Shown: piece after piece, positions 20,147 to 30,300 of the stretch
How the letters are laid out: each line of letters starts with the position of its first letter
Position numbering within the stretch: position 1 is the stretch's first letter
From: Bacteriovoracaceae bacterium
GTDB lineage: Bacteria > Bdellovibrionota > Bacteriovoracia > Bacteriovoracales > Bacteriovoracaceae
Length of the DNA: 64,000 bases
Assembly: GCA_048270185.1 (NCBI GenBank)
Contig: JBLWTJ010000001.1
Span: 544,001 to 608,000 of the forward strand
Direction of reading: 5' to 3'
Made by a program: the position numbers and the translations under genes
Notes under the pieces: model-generated
What the model saw: the letters and a program-made list of their open reading frames with translations, nothing else
Told to the model about the DNA's origin: nothing
Database searches by the model: none

Positions 20147-20608
20147 TTAGGCAGCATTTTTATTCTCAATTTCCATGATAAGGTTTGAGATTCGTTTACC
20201 TGCGCCTTGTAAACGTCCGGCCAGTAATCTTGATAGATTGAGAATCAAGAGTGAAAATATTCGAGGATTGGTTTTATACAGGCCGAATATGTCGGAGTAG
20301 TTCATGACTAAGACGTCGGTAAAGTTATCTGATTGTACTGTCCCATAGCGGACATTTTCTTTTAAAAGAACCATTTCACCAAAGAGGTCTCCCTTTTTGA
20401 TTTTGGCTATTTCTTTATTGTCGCGATTAAAAACACGAGCGGTACCGTTTAGGATTAGATAAAGCTCTTCACCAATATCACCGTGTTTGAAAACAAAATC
20501 ATCTGGTTTAAGTGTGAGAACCTTACAGTGCTCACAGATTGTCATAATCTCGTTATCATATAAATCAAAGAATAACGGACAACCTTTAACGATTGATAAT
20601 ACACTCAT
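20147..20608 (-). CDS. Stand-alone cyclic nucleotide-binding domain protein
   Basis: VFKHGDIGEELYLILNG and phosphate-binding cassette FGEMVLLKENVRYGTV; no HTH domain. Confidence 0.9.
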   Translation of the reverse strand: MSVLSIVKGCPLFFDLYDNEIMTICEHCKVLTLKPDDFVFKHGDIGEELYLILNGTARVFNRDNKEIAKIKKGDLFGEMVLLKENVRYGTVQSDNFTDVLVMNYSDIFGLYKTNPRIFSLLILNLSRLLAGRLQGAGKRISNLIMEIENKNAA

Positions 20609-20623
20609 CTTGACCGCCCCTTA

Positions 20624-21595
20624 TTAAGCTATTTTCTTTTCATCATGCTTAGCTGGTGACTGATTCAAAGTTTTCTCTTCTTTCAAGTAGCGTTCGATAC
20701 TTTGAAGAACCTTAAGTACACCTTGCATAGCAGTTTGATCTTTCGAGTTACCTTTTTGAAGGTGATACCAAAGATTCTGCATTGAAGTCTCAACCTTTTT
20801 AAAGATCTTAAAACGCTTTTCAGGTAATGGGAAAAGTGTGTTTAGAAACGTTAAAATCAGTGAGAAGAAAATCCCCGCAATCGATGTCTTCATCGAGAAG
20901 GCAACGTTAATAACGAAACGAGTAAGGTTATCTGATGACTTTTCAATATTATTGAAGTCGATGGCCGCAATCTCAGGAAGGGCCATGGCAATACCAATGA
21001 ACGTACCGAAAACCCCAAAAACGATGAAAAGGTTCGGGAGAATATCGATCATACGAGATGCACCATCAATTGGAATATGCCCATAAAGCTTCGTCCAATT
21101 TCTATCATCACTCATAATACGATCAGTAAGTTCCGTATAATTTGGAGGAACAGTTGATTTAAAAACCGAACTCTCTCCATGGATTGAAGCGATAAGACCG
21201 TGTTTTGAACCAATATATTGATTTAGTGAAATACTTGATCCTCCACCATCATCAATTTCGCGATCAATTTCACGCTGGGCCATGGCCTCTTTACCATCGT
21301 AGTAACGATTTTGAATATTTGAATTGTTGCTGAATCGAAGAGCATTGTCAGGTAGGGCGGCATTCACTCGCCCTAGAAGATTTGACATATACGAATCAAT
21401 ATCATCAATAGGAATATTTTTTTGCTTATCATCATCGATGGCAGCGTCAAGCTCTCTCGTAAATCGCGAGTAATAAGCATCATCATCTTTACTGTGACGA
21501 TAAGCTAAGTAGCGAAAGACAAGGGCACAAAGCAAAAGCCCCATCATGAATTCGATAAGATAAGTACCGAAAAAACTTAATACTAACTCAATCAT
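20624..21595 (-). CDS. MotA/TolQ/ExbB/ZorA-like ion-channel subunit
   Basis: N-terminal TM, then the pair LPNLFIVFGVFGTFIGI and FSMKTSIAGIFFSLIL with the conserved Thr residues of stator A subunits. Confidence 0.78.
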   Translation of the reverse strand: MIELVLSFFGTYLIEFMMGLLLCALVFRYLAYRHSKDDDAYYSRFTRELDAAIDDDKQKNIPIDDIDSYMSNLLGRVNAALPDNALRFSNNSNIQNRYYDGKEAMAQREIDREIDDGGGSSISLNQYIGSKHGLIASIHGESSVFKSTVPPNYTELTDRIMSDDRNWTKLYGHIPIDGASRMIDILPNLFIVFGVFGTFIGIAMALPEIAAIDFNNIEKSSDNLTRFVINVAFSMKTSIAGIFFSLILTFLNTLFPLPEKRFKIFKKVETSMQNLWYHLQKGNSKDQTAMQGVLKVLQSIERYLKEEKTLNQSPAKHDEKKIA

Positions 21596-21638
21596 ACGTA
21601 CCTCTTTGTTAGGTTACCAATCCTCGACTATTGGTCAA

Positions 21639-24600
21639 CTATTTAAGTTCAGGAGAAAGTTGTAATAATCTCTCCATCGCTTTTGGATCATCTTTTAATG
21701 TAAAGCTCAGCTCAACACGTTGTGATTGTGAACAACTAAACTCACCACACTTCATGTCTTCATTTGCAAGTGGAATTGCAAAACTAGCTGGTTTTCTTTC
21801 TTCAACAATAAACCCTTTTGGTTCAATTAATTCAGCTGCAATTGACTCACGTTCACGTTCAATTACTGTCTCAAGAGGAATCGGTCTTGAGAAACCATAA
21901 CCAATTGATTTCGTCACATTACGCATATAGAACTTATATGGGTAGTTCATGCCATCACTATAGATATAGTTAGAGATAGCAAGAGCTCTTCGTGAAGAAA
22001 GGTTTAAGTTGTAGTTATACGAGTAAGCTTCTGCCATCATTGGATCAAGGGCCTTACCACCAAAGAGTGGAGACGCGTGTCCTTCAACATTGAAGCTATC
22101 TAGTTGCTCTCTTACTGTATCATCAGCAAATAGAACTTCTGAGTACAGTGGAATAAGAGACTTAAGCTTCGTTTTTGCATGCTTACTCAGTCTTGAAGAA
22201 CCTGTTTCAAATAGTAAGTTCTTATCCATTAGAAGTGTTACGTTACCTGTTTTAGGATCAACCGCTGCATCAATATTATTATTTCTAAATTTATCAGCAA
22301 GGTTTCTCGCAATATTTGCACGTAAGTTCTTCTTCTGATCTTCTACTTTTTTAGCAATCTTCTTAACTTGCTTCATGAAATCTTTCTTATCGTTAACTTC
22401 AGCAAGACATGAATTAAGTTTCTTATTAGCACCATCAAGTCCATTACCAAGTTCAGTAACCTTCTTATTCAAGGCGCTTGAACCAGTTTCACAGGCATTT
22501 AGGTCCTCACCAAGTGACGCAATCTTACGTCCAAGACTTCCGTTTTCATCATTCTTATTAGCAAGAGCATTTTGAAGATCACTAACTTCTTTTCCAAGAC
22601 CTGCAACCTTTCCATTTAGCCCATTAACTTGATCTTTTAAGCCTTTATTTTCTTTTCCAAGACCAGCAAGTTCACCCTTAGCTTTTCCCAGAGCATCTTT
22701 AAGTCCACCGATCTCTTTCCCCATACCGGCAAGTTTACCTTGGGCCTTACCTAGGGCTTCTTTTAGGCCACCGTTCTCTTTTCCAAGACCAGCAAGTTCA
22801 CCCTTAGCTTTTCCCAGAGCATCTTTAAGTCCACCGATCTCTTTACCCATACCGGCAAGTTTACCTTGGGCCTTACCTAGAGCTTCTTTTAGGCCACCGT
22901 TCTCTTTTCCAAGACCAGCAAGCTCACCCTTAGCTTTTCCAAGAGCATCTTTAAGTCCACCGATCTCTTTACCCATACCAGCAAGTTTTCCCTTTGCTTG
23001 TCCAAGTGCTTCTTTTAGGCCACCGTTCTCTTTTCCAAGACCAGCAAGCTCACCCTTAGCTTTTCCAAGAGCATCTTTAAGTCCACCGATCTCTTTACCC
23101 ATACCAGCAAGTTTTCCCTTTGCTTGTCCAAGTGCTTCTTTTAGGCCACCGTTCTCTTTTCCAAGACCAGCAAGCTCACCCTTAGCTTTTCCAAGAGCAT
23201 CTTTAAGTCCACCGATCTCTTTACCCATACCGGCCATCTTACCTTTAGCTTGTCCGAGTGCTTCTTTTAGGCCACCGATTTCCTTACCCATTCCGGCAAG
23301 TTTTCCTTTTGCCTGTCCAAGTGCTTCTTTTAGGCCACCGTTTTCTTTTCCAAGTCCTGCAAGTTCACCCTTAGCTTTTCCAAGAGCATCTTTAAGTCCA
23401 CCGATTTCCTTACCCATACCGGCCATCTTACCTTTAGCTTGTCCAAGTGCTTCTTTAAGTCCACCGATTTCTTTACCCATACCGGCCATTTTGCCTTTTG
23501 CCTGACCAAGGGCCTTCTTTAGGCCACCGATTTCTTCGCCCATACCTTTCATCTTGCCTTGGGCCTGTCCTAGAGCTTTTTTAAGCCCACCATTTTCTTC
23601 AGACATACCTGCAAGTTTTCCTTGGGCCTGACCAAGAGCTTTCTTAAGCCCACCGATCTGTTCACCCATTCCTTTCATCTTACCTTTAGCTTCACCAAGT
23701 GCCTTTTTAAGGCCACCATTTTCTTCAGACATACCTGCAAGTTTTCCTTGAGCTTGCCCAAGTGCTTTCTTAAGTCCGCCGTTTTCTTCTGACATACCTT
23801 TAAGTTTACCTTCGGCCTGCCCTAGAGCATCCTTAAGGCCACCATTTTGTGCCATAAGAGACTTCTTATCACCTTCAAGTTTTCCAACCATCGCCTTTAA
23901 ACGATCAACCTCACCAGAAAGACCCTTATTCTTTGCGTCTCCCTGTGCAAGCTTTGATTGAAGATTTTTGATGTCACCTTTTAAACCTTGATTATTTTGC
24001 TGAGAACGCGCAAGGTTTGATTTTAAACCTTTAACGTCATCATTAAGTCCTGCGATTTTGCCATCTCTTGCAGCTACATCTGCATTAAGCTTTTTAATTT
24101 CGGAATCTTTTTGAGCAGTAAGAGAATCCATTGCTTGTGCATGCTTGCCTTTTAAATCCTTAATTTGATTATCGTAAGCAAGTTTTTGATCAGACTTACT
24201 CTTCTCATATTGTTTAGTAAGATCTGTCAGCTCTCTCTTGTGATCGGCATTTAATTTTGCAATCTGTGACTGAGCATCTTTTTTAACACCAGCAAGTTGC
24301 TTATCTTTAGATTCAAGTTCTGATTGAAACTTTTTATTTAAGTCAGCAATTTTTGATTCATAGCCTGCTTTTTGTTTCGCTTCAGATTTCTTATGCATTT
24401 TTTCTAGATCAGTGATCTTCTTTGCATGATCTGAATTAAGCTTTGCAATTGTCTCTTGTGATTTTTTAATTGTTCCAGCAAGTTGCGCATCTTTAGTATC
24501 TAGTTCCGCTTGAAACTTTTTATTTAGGTTAGCGATCTTAGATTCATAACCCATCTTGGTATCTTGTTGTTGTTTTTGATGAGATTTCGTCAAATCGTTA

Positions 24601-26936
24601 ACTTTTTTAGCGTGATCTGAGTTAAGTTTTGCAATAGTTTCTTGAGACTTCTTAATTGTACCGGCAAGTTGTTTTTCTTTTGTATCAAGCTCTGACTGGT
24701 ACTTCTTATTAAGATTTGCAATTTGAGTTTCATAACCCATTTTCGTATCTTGTTCTTTTTTCTCAAATGACTTCGTTAAATCAGCAACTTGTTTAGCGTG
24801 ATCAGAGTTCATTTTAGCAATTGTTTCTTGTGACTTCTTCTTCTGACCAGCTAATTGTTGGTCCTTAGAAGTTAGCTCTGATTGAAATTTCTTATTTAGA
24901 TTAGCAATCTGAGTCTCATAACCCATCTTTGTATCTTGTTGTTTCTTTTCATAACTCTTTGTAATAGAGTCAACTTTCTTTGCATGATCAGAGTTAAGTT
25001 TTGCAATTGTGTCTTTTGACTTCTTAATTTCACCATCTAATTGCTGCTGCTTAGCAGTTAATTCGGACTGGTGCTTCTTACTTAAATTTGCAATCTGAGT
25101 CTCATGGCCCATTTGGGTATCACGCTGCTTCTTCTCATAAGACTTTGTTAAATCGTTAACTTTCTTTGCATGATCAGTATTAAGTCGAGCTATTGTCTCT
25201 TGAGACTCTTTCTTTTGACCAGCTAATTGCTTTTCTTTAACATCGAGTTCACCCTGATACTTCTTATTAAGATTAGCGATTTGTGATTCATAACCCATTT
25301 TTGTATTTTGCTGTTGTTTCTCGTAAGTCTTTGTTAAGTCAGCAACTTTCTTTTGGTGATCTGAATTAAGTCGAGCGATTGTTTCTTGAGAATCCTTCTT
25401 TTGACCTGCAAGTTGCTTTTCTTTTGTATCAAGTTCTGATTGAAACTTTTTATTCATATCAGCGACTTGTTTTTCAAAACCAGCTTTTTGTTGTTGCTTT
25501 TGTTGCTCATAGGTCTTAGTTAAGTCAGCAACTTTATTTTGATGATCAGCATTTAAGGTCTTAATCTCATGTTCTTTTGTTGAAATAATATTTGCATACT
25601 TCTTATTTAGGTTTTCAACCTTAAGAGTATGGTCTTGATTAAGCTTTTGCACTTCTTGTTCTTGAGCTTTCTTTTGCTCAACAATTTCATTTTCTAATTT
25701 TTCTTGTGCAATAATACGCCCCTGAATCTCTCGATTGGCCTTAGCGATTGCTTCTTCATTCTTTCTCTTAACCTGCTGAAGCTCCTGAATTTTCTTTGTA
25801 TCTTCTTGTACTTTAGCCAGAGTATTAGCAAGCTTTGAGCGTACTTTTACAACTTCATTATTGATTAGATTATTTTGAGCAACTTGCTCCTTAACCTTTT
25901 CTTGTTCAACTTTAAGTTTTGATTCTAATGATTTCTTAGTTACTTCAATTTGCTTGATATCTTGAGTTTGCTTAGAAACTTGAGTTTTTAACTCTTGAAG
26001 TTTCTTTTCTTGTCTTGCTTTTACGTCATTAACATTAGAAAGAAGGTTCTCAAGATCCTTCTTCTCTTTTTCCACTTCTTTCTTCTTCTTATCTAGTTCT
26101 CCGACACGAGAAAATAAAATATTTTCCTTATCTTTAGCTTTAGCAAGCATCGAGTCACGATCTTTAATTGCTTTTTCAAGATCAATTAATGATTTCTCTT
26201 TATGCTCTAGCACAACTTTGATTTGCTTCTTCTCTTCTTCTTTCTTTTTAATTTCTTCTTTTGTTTCTTTTAGACTCTCAGAAAGCTTTTCATTTTCTTT
26301 TGACTTTTGTTTCATTTCTTTCTGAATTTGCTGAATTTTCTTTTGAAGCTCTTTTTCTTCTTTTTTCTGACGCTCCATCATTCTTGATAACTTATCAAGC
26401 TGGGCCTCTTTTGAACGAAGGTCATCGTCATTTTTACGAATCTCTTCAAGACGTTTCTTAAGCTCTTCAGCTTTCTCATTGATTTCTTTCTTTAACTGAG
26501 TATTTTCACGTGAGATTTTTTTAGATTTGTATTTTTCTTTATCAAGTTGTTGACCAACTTTTTCGACAATAGACTCTTTTTTGATTTGGTCCTTGACCAT
26601 ATCCTGCATTACTTTCTTATTTTGCTCTAATTTTTCGACAAATTTTGAAAGTTCGACCATCTTCTGGTTAATAACGTTCTTATAATCAGTGACCTCATTG
26701 ATTGATTGCTCAATCTTATTCTTGGCCTTCATCTCTTTTATTTTCTGTTCTTTAGAGACCATCCCTTGCATTTGTTCTTCGTGTTTCTTCTTTTCTTGCG
26801 CTTGCTGCAAAGACTTCACCCCGACCTTAATCATGGCGAAAACGAACATAACAAGGAATACAACGGCAACGGTTGTAAACATATCTGAGTATGAACTCCA
26901 GATTGACCCGTCGTCTTTTCTTTCTTCTCTTTTCAT
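21639..26936 (-). CDS. Giant MotB/ZorB-like protein: TM anchor, long coiled coil, C-terminal OmpA-like domain
   Basis: IWSSYSDMFTTVAVVFLVMFV (MotB-type TM with Asp); C-terminal LLFETGSSRL, VEGHAS, NLNLSSRRA and QRVE. Confidence 0.85.
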   Translation of the reverse strand: MKREERKDDGSIWSSYSDMFTTVAVVFLVMFVFAMIKVGVKSLQQAQEKKKHEEQMQGMVSKEQKIKEMKAKNKIEQSINEVTDYKNVINQKMVELSKFVEKLEQNKKVMQDMVKDQIKKESIVEKVGQQLDKEKYKSKKISRENTQLKKEINEKAEELKKRLEEIRKNDDDLRSKEAQLDKLSRMMERQKKEEKELQKKIQQIQKEMKQKSKENEKLSESLKETKEEIKKKEEEKKQIKVVLEHKEKSLIDLEKAIKDRDSMLAKAKDKENILFSRVGELDKKKKEVEKEKKDLENLLSNVNDVKARQEKKLQELKTQVSKQTQDIKQIEVTKKSLESKLKVEQEKVKEQVAQNNLINNEVVKVRSKLANTLAKVQEDTKKIQELQQVKRKNEEAIAKANREIQGRIIAQEKLENEIVEQKKAQEQEVQKLNQDHTLKVENLNKKYANIISTKEHEIKTLNADHQNKVADLTKTYEQQKQQQKAGFEKQVADMNKKFQSELDTKEKQLAGQKKDSQETIARLNSDHQKKVADLTKTYEKQQQNTKMGYESQIANLNKKYQGELDVKEKQLAGQKKESQETIARLNTDHAKKVNDLTKSYEKKQRDTQMGHETQIANLSKKHQSELTAKQQQLDGEIKKSKDTIAKLNSDHAKKVDSITKSYEKKQQDTKMGYETQIANLNKKFQSELTSKDQQLAGQKKKSQETIAKMNSDHAKQVADLTKSFEKKEQDTKMGYETQIANLNKKYQSELDTKEKQLAGTIKKSQETIAKLNSDHAKKVNDLTKSHQKQQQDTKMGYESKIANLNKKFQAELDTKDAQLAGTIKKSQETIAKLNSDHAKKITDLEKMHKKSEAKQKAGYESKIADLNKKFQSELESKDKQLAGVKKDAQSQIAKLNADHKRELTDLTKQYEKSKSDQKLAYDNQIKDLKGKHAQAMDSLTAQKDSEIKKLNADVAARDGKIAGLNDDVKGLKSNLARSQQNNQGLKGDIKNLQSKLAQGDAKNKGLSGEVDRLKAMVGKLEGDKKSLMAQNGGLKDALGQAEGKLKGMSEENGGLKKALGQAQGKLAGMSEENGGLKKALGEAKGKMKGMGEQIGGLKKALGQAQGKLAGMSEENGGLKKALGQAQGKMKGMGEEIGGLKKALGQAKGKMAGMGKEIGGLKEALGQAKGKMAGMGKEIGGLKDALGKAKGELAGLGKENGGLKEALGQAKGKLAGMGKEIGGLKEALGQAKGKMAGMGKEIGGLKDALGKAKGELAGLGKENGGLKEALGQAKGKLAGMGKEIGGLKDALGKAKGELAGLGKENGGLKEALGQAKGKLAGMGKEIGGLKDALGKAKGELAGLGKENGGLKEALGKAQGKLAGMGKEIGGLKDALGKAKGELAGLGKENGGLKEALGKAQGKLAGMGKEIGGLKDALGKAKGELAGLGKENKGLKDQVNGLNGKVAGLGKEVSDLQNALANKNDENGSLGRKIASLGEDLNACETGSSALNKKVTELGNGLDGANKKLNSCLAEVNDKKDFMKQVKKIAKKVEDQKKNLRANIARNLADKFRNNNIDAAVDPKTGNVTLLMDKNLLFETGSSRLSKHAKTKLKSLIPLYSEVLFADDTVREQLDSFNVEGHASPLFGGKALDPMMAEAYSYNYNLNLSSRRALAISNYIYSDGMNYPYKFYMRNVTKSIGYGFSRPIPLETVIERERESIAAELIEPKGFIVEERKPASFAIPLANEDMKCGEFSCSQSQRVELSFTLKDDPKAMERLLQLSPELK
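22644..23840 (-). repeat. Coding tandem repeat, 19 x 63 bp (21 aa; GLKxALGxAKGKxAGxGKExG)
   Basis: Counted from the translation; later units alternate as near-identical 126-bp dimers at DNA level. Confidence 0.92.
24140..25570 (-). repeat. Coding tandem repeat, about 7.5 x 186 bp (62 aa; ETIAKLNSDHAKKV...QLAG..KKSQ)
   Basis: Seen in the translation; the 186-bp period holds between equivalent motifs near 24425 and 24611. Ends are approximate. Confidence 0.88.
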
Positions 26937-27060
26937 AATCCTACCCTCGAACAGTTGATAGGATAGCGATTTATAGAACTTATTAAATACTAGTTATGTT
27001 ATGGGCCTAATATTTAGAAGATTCTTCAATTATTTCATGGTGTTAATAAAGAATTCCTGT

Positions 27061-27100
27061 AATTTCATGCTATTTTCAACTTTTTTGTTGGCATGAAATT
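27061..27100. promoter_or_regulatory. Inverted repeat in the divergent promoter region
   Basis: aatttcatgc (27061-70) pairs with gcatgaaatt (27091-100), with an inner caac/gttg pair. Confidence 0.45.
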
Positions 27101-27304
27101 TGTGACAAGTTTTAAAGGCATCACAATATAATATGTTGAAGCGCCAATTAAATGAGTCCTCATACCTGACATGATCATTCCACAATACCCTTCAACATAC
27201 CGTTATCTCGTAAATCCTAGAATTAACTACGGCATTTTTTAACCCTAAATTATATTAATCTTAAGTAGTTACGTTATTGCGACGATAAATACTTGGGATA
27301 CTTA

Positions 27305-30300
27305 ATGAAGATTTTTACACGCAAGTTACAATTTATATTTATATTATCGCTACTAGTAGCGCTTGCCTCTTCGTGTGTGCCCCAAGCGGCCAATAATCGT
27401 AGTGCGGCCAGTGATGAAAGTGACAGTGTCGAAACTGAAATTAATGATCCAACTTTTTCAAACGCTAAAGGCTTTATCCAATACGCAGGCAACGCCTACA
27501 CTTCACTATTTGAAATCGATAATTACTTTGATGATAATATTAGTATTCGCGGCCGTGGTATTCACAACTACGTAAAAGAAAACTTATCAAAGACATATTG
27601 TGCAATTACAAATTTCTCTGTCATAAATAGTGGAACCCCTCTTATAGCAGTAGGATTCCCTCAATATACACTAGACTCTTCTACAAATACTCGTGAGTAC
27701 TTTATTCGTTTCACGTACCGTAGTATTGATGCGGCCATTACTGAAAATTACTGTAATAATTCGGCCGTTTTAAGTTTTATGAGTGGTAAGGGACTTAATA
27801 CAGGTAATCGAAAGTATGATATTGATGATATTTGTCCTACATGTTCAAATCAAACAACATCTTCAAACGCATTATTACTGACAACAAGTTCAGGTGATGA
27901 TCTAACGACAGCACTTGGGGCAACTCTTACAGTAAAGTTATACTTCACATACACGAGTACAACAGATCCTAGTAATAACCTTTGTTCTGCTGACTCACAA
28001 TGTGCTGTCAATGGCGAAGACTTCTGTTGTCTTAATGGTCAATGTGTAAAGGATCTCTCTGAAAAAACTGATTCAATTCCAAACTCGATTTTAACAGAGG
28101 TCGCAGCTAATCCATCTAGTATTTACAACTATCCTAATTACTATAATATTTGTACTCAAGGGACTATTCCTGATGAAGGAGATAGTGATGAATACACTCC
28201 AGATGAGGAAGCGGCCATTCGTTTTAAACGCCTTAAGCAACTCTACCAATGTACAACACCATTTGATGGTGAACGTGGAATTTGTACAACAATTTATGAG
28301 GGTGCTAGGACTGACTTAGAATCAAATTATGAAACAAATATTGATGATACAAATTTTGCTTCTATCTATAAAGGGTCATACCCTCTTGCTAACTCAATAC
28401 ATGAGATACGCTATCAGAATGCAGTAATCTACAAGAATGGAGCCTCTGTTGTTCCAGGTCAAGTTACAGTCTCAGGGATAAATGATAATCTAACTGATAC
28501 AACTAAACTTGCTATCACAACACCTTATGTAGCAACAAATAAGTACAAGAACTTAGAAATTGATGCCTACACTGATGTATCTTGTACACGAATCAATAGT
28601 TTCCAGGCCCAGTGTTACAAGGTTTACAAACAAGGACAAAATGAAGGTAAGGCCACTGACCACTTCCCAGGAACACAGAGGTTTGAACTTCCATTTTACG
28701 CAAATATTAATTATAAAGTTGTTGTACTAGTTGATGATGTTGCAAGAACACAAAATACTTCTTGGACACTATCGGCAGGAGCAAGCAACGAGGTTGTCTT
28801 CAATAGCGATCATATTGTTCAAGATTCACAAGAAGTTAAGATCAACTTCTATGTCGATCTAACAACTTATCCAACTATATTAACTTCCAAAGAAGCTGCA
28901 CAACAGGAGATTGCAACTTATTGTAAGTGTAGTCTTAACCAATGTGAACTGGAAGAAGTTTTAAATACAAGTGATACAGTTGTTGATTATCAATGTCGTC
29001 TGATTCCAACTCAAAGTGAGCCACCAAAGCAACAACAACTCTACTTATCAGCAAAGACAGCACCACAACGCTACTTTGATAGTAATGGAGTTTCAAAGAA
29101 TGGACTTAGCCTATCTGATGTAATTCTAGAGCCAAATCTCGCTCAAGAAGGAACAGCATTCTCTTATATAGGTAATGATAAATCTAAGCCAAATAATGTG
29201 AACGACTATATTGGATTTAACGAAATCTACGGAAGCTTTGACTTAACAAGTAATTCAGCAAAGCCTGCCAAAGAAATTGAAGTAAAAGAAGGAACAACTT
29301 ATGATATTTTTGTATCAGGTGGTAACTACTCAAGTTGTTCAGGCTGTGGGAATGACTACTACTCTTCTTCTCTTAAAGTTTATCCAAATGAATTCGTTAA
29401 TGGTGCAGCAGGATATCAACCAGATCTAACAACTTCTAGTCGAACTAAAACTCAAAAATATCGCTCAGATGATTTTTCTTTTGGCCGTGCATGTTTTGTT
29501 CCTGCAACAATGGTTGCTTGGACTCACCAAGAATATGAAGACCAGCAAGAACAACGCCTTAATCGAATGAAGGCCCAGCACTTCTTAGTGGCAAACGGGT
29601 ACGATAGAGATTGGTATGGTTTTAACTATGGCTCAGTCATAGGATCATTCGACGGTGTGAAATGGTTTGCCGTTGGAACAAAGAGACGCATCAAAGCAAC
29701 AAGTAATAAATTATTCCTAGCAATAAATGCTAAATTATCTGACCAGACGATTGAAAATAGCTACACAGTTCTTGTTCAGGATTCAATTATTAACGGAAGT
29801 GCCGTTCTTCCAACAACAGACTACGAAACAGACGGGGCCTCTTGTCAGCAAGTACATGCCTGTAACACAGATAGTGAATGTGTTTCATCACTTGGTTGGG
29901 ACTATATGTGTGAGAATGTATCAACACTGTCATCGCCTTATCCAAACTTTGATGTTAATGGTAATGAAATACCGCAAGAGTCAGATATAGATCGAATTCT
30001 TTCTCTAAGTGGATCTTTTTCAGGTGGAGTAAAACGTTGTGTTTACCGTGGCCGTGGAGCTGCCTGTTTACCAGATTATAATAATGTCACATCAACATCG
30101 ACATCATACACTGCTGTCGGGACAAAGAGACTACATGGTTGTTCATTTAACAATCACTGTGAACCACTTGAAAGCAGTAATAATGCGAAATTTAACAATA
30201 AGATTTCAAGAAATGCTACAAGTCTAATTTTTCAAAATGGACAAGTCGATAATGAAGAAGAACTTGTCTCGACAGTAGGACTTCTTGCTCCAATTATCGG

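Noticed and set aside
22644..23840. Regular DNA repeats as a possible CRISPR array
   Set aside because: They are contiguous in-frame coding repeats with no unique spacers, and no cas genes are present.
20624..26936. Calling the locus a canonical Zorya system or flagellar motAB
   Set aside because: No ZorC/D/E or flagellar genes are nearby, the A subunit has no long tail, and the gene order and B-subunit size do not fit. Kept as a distinct finding.
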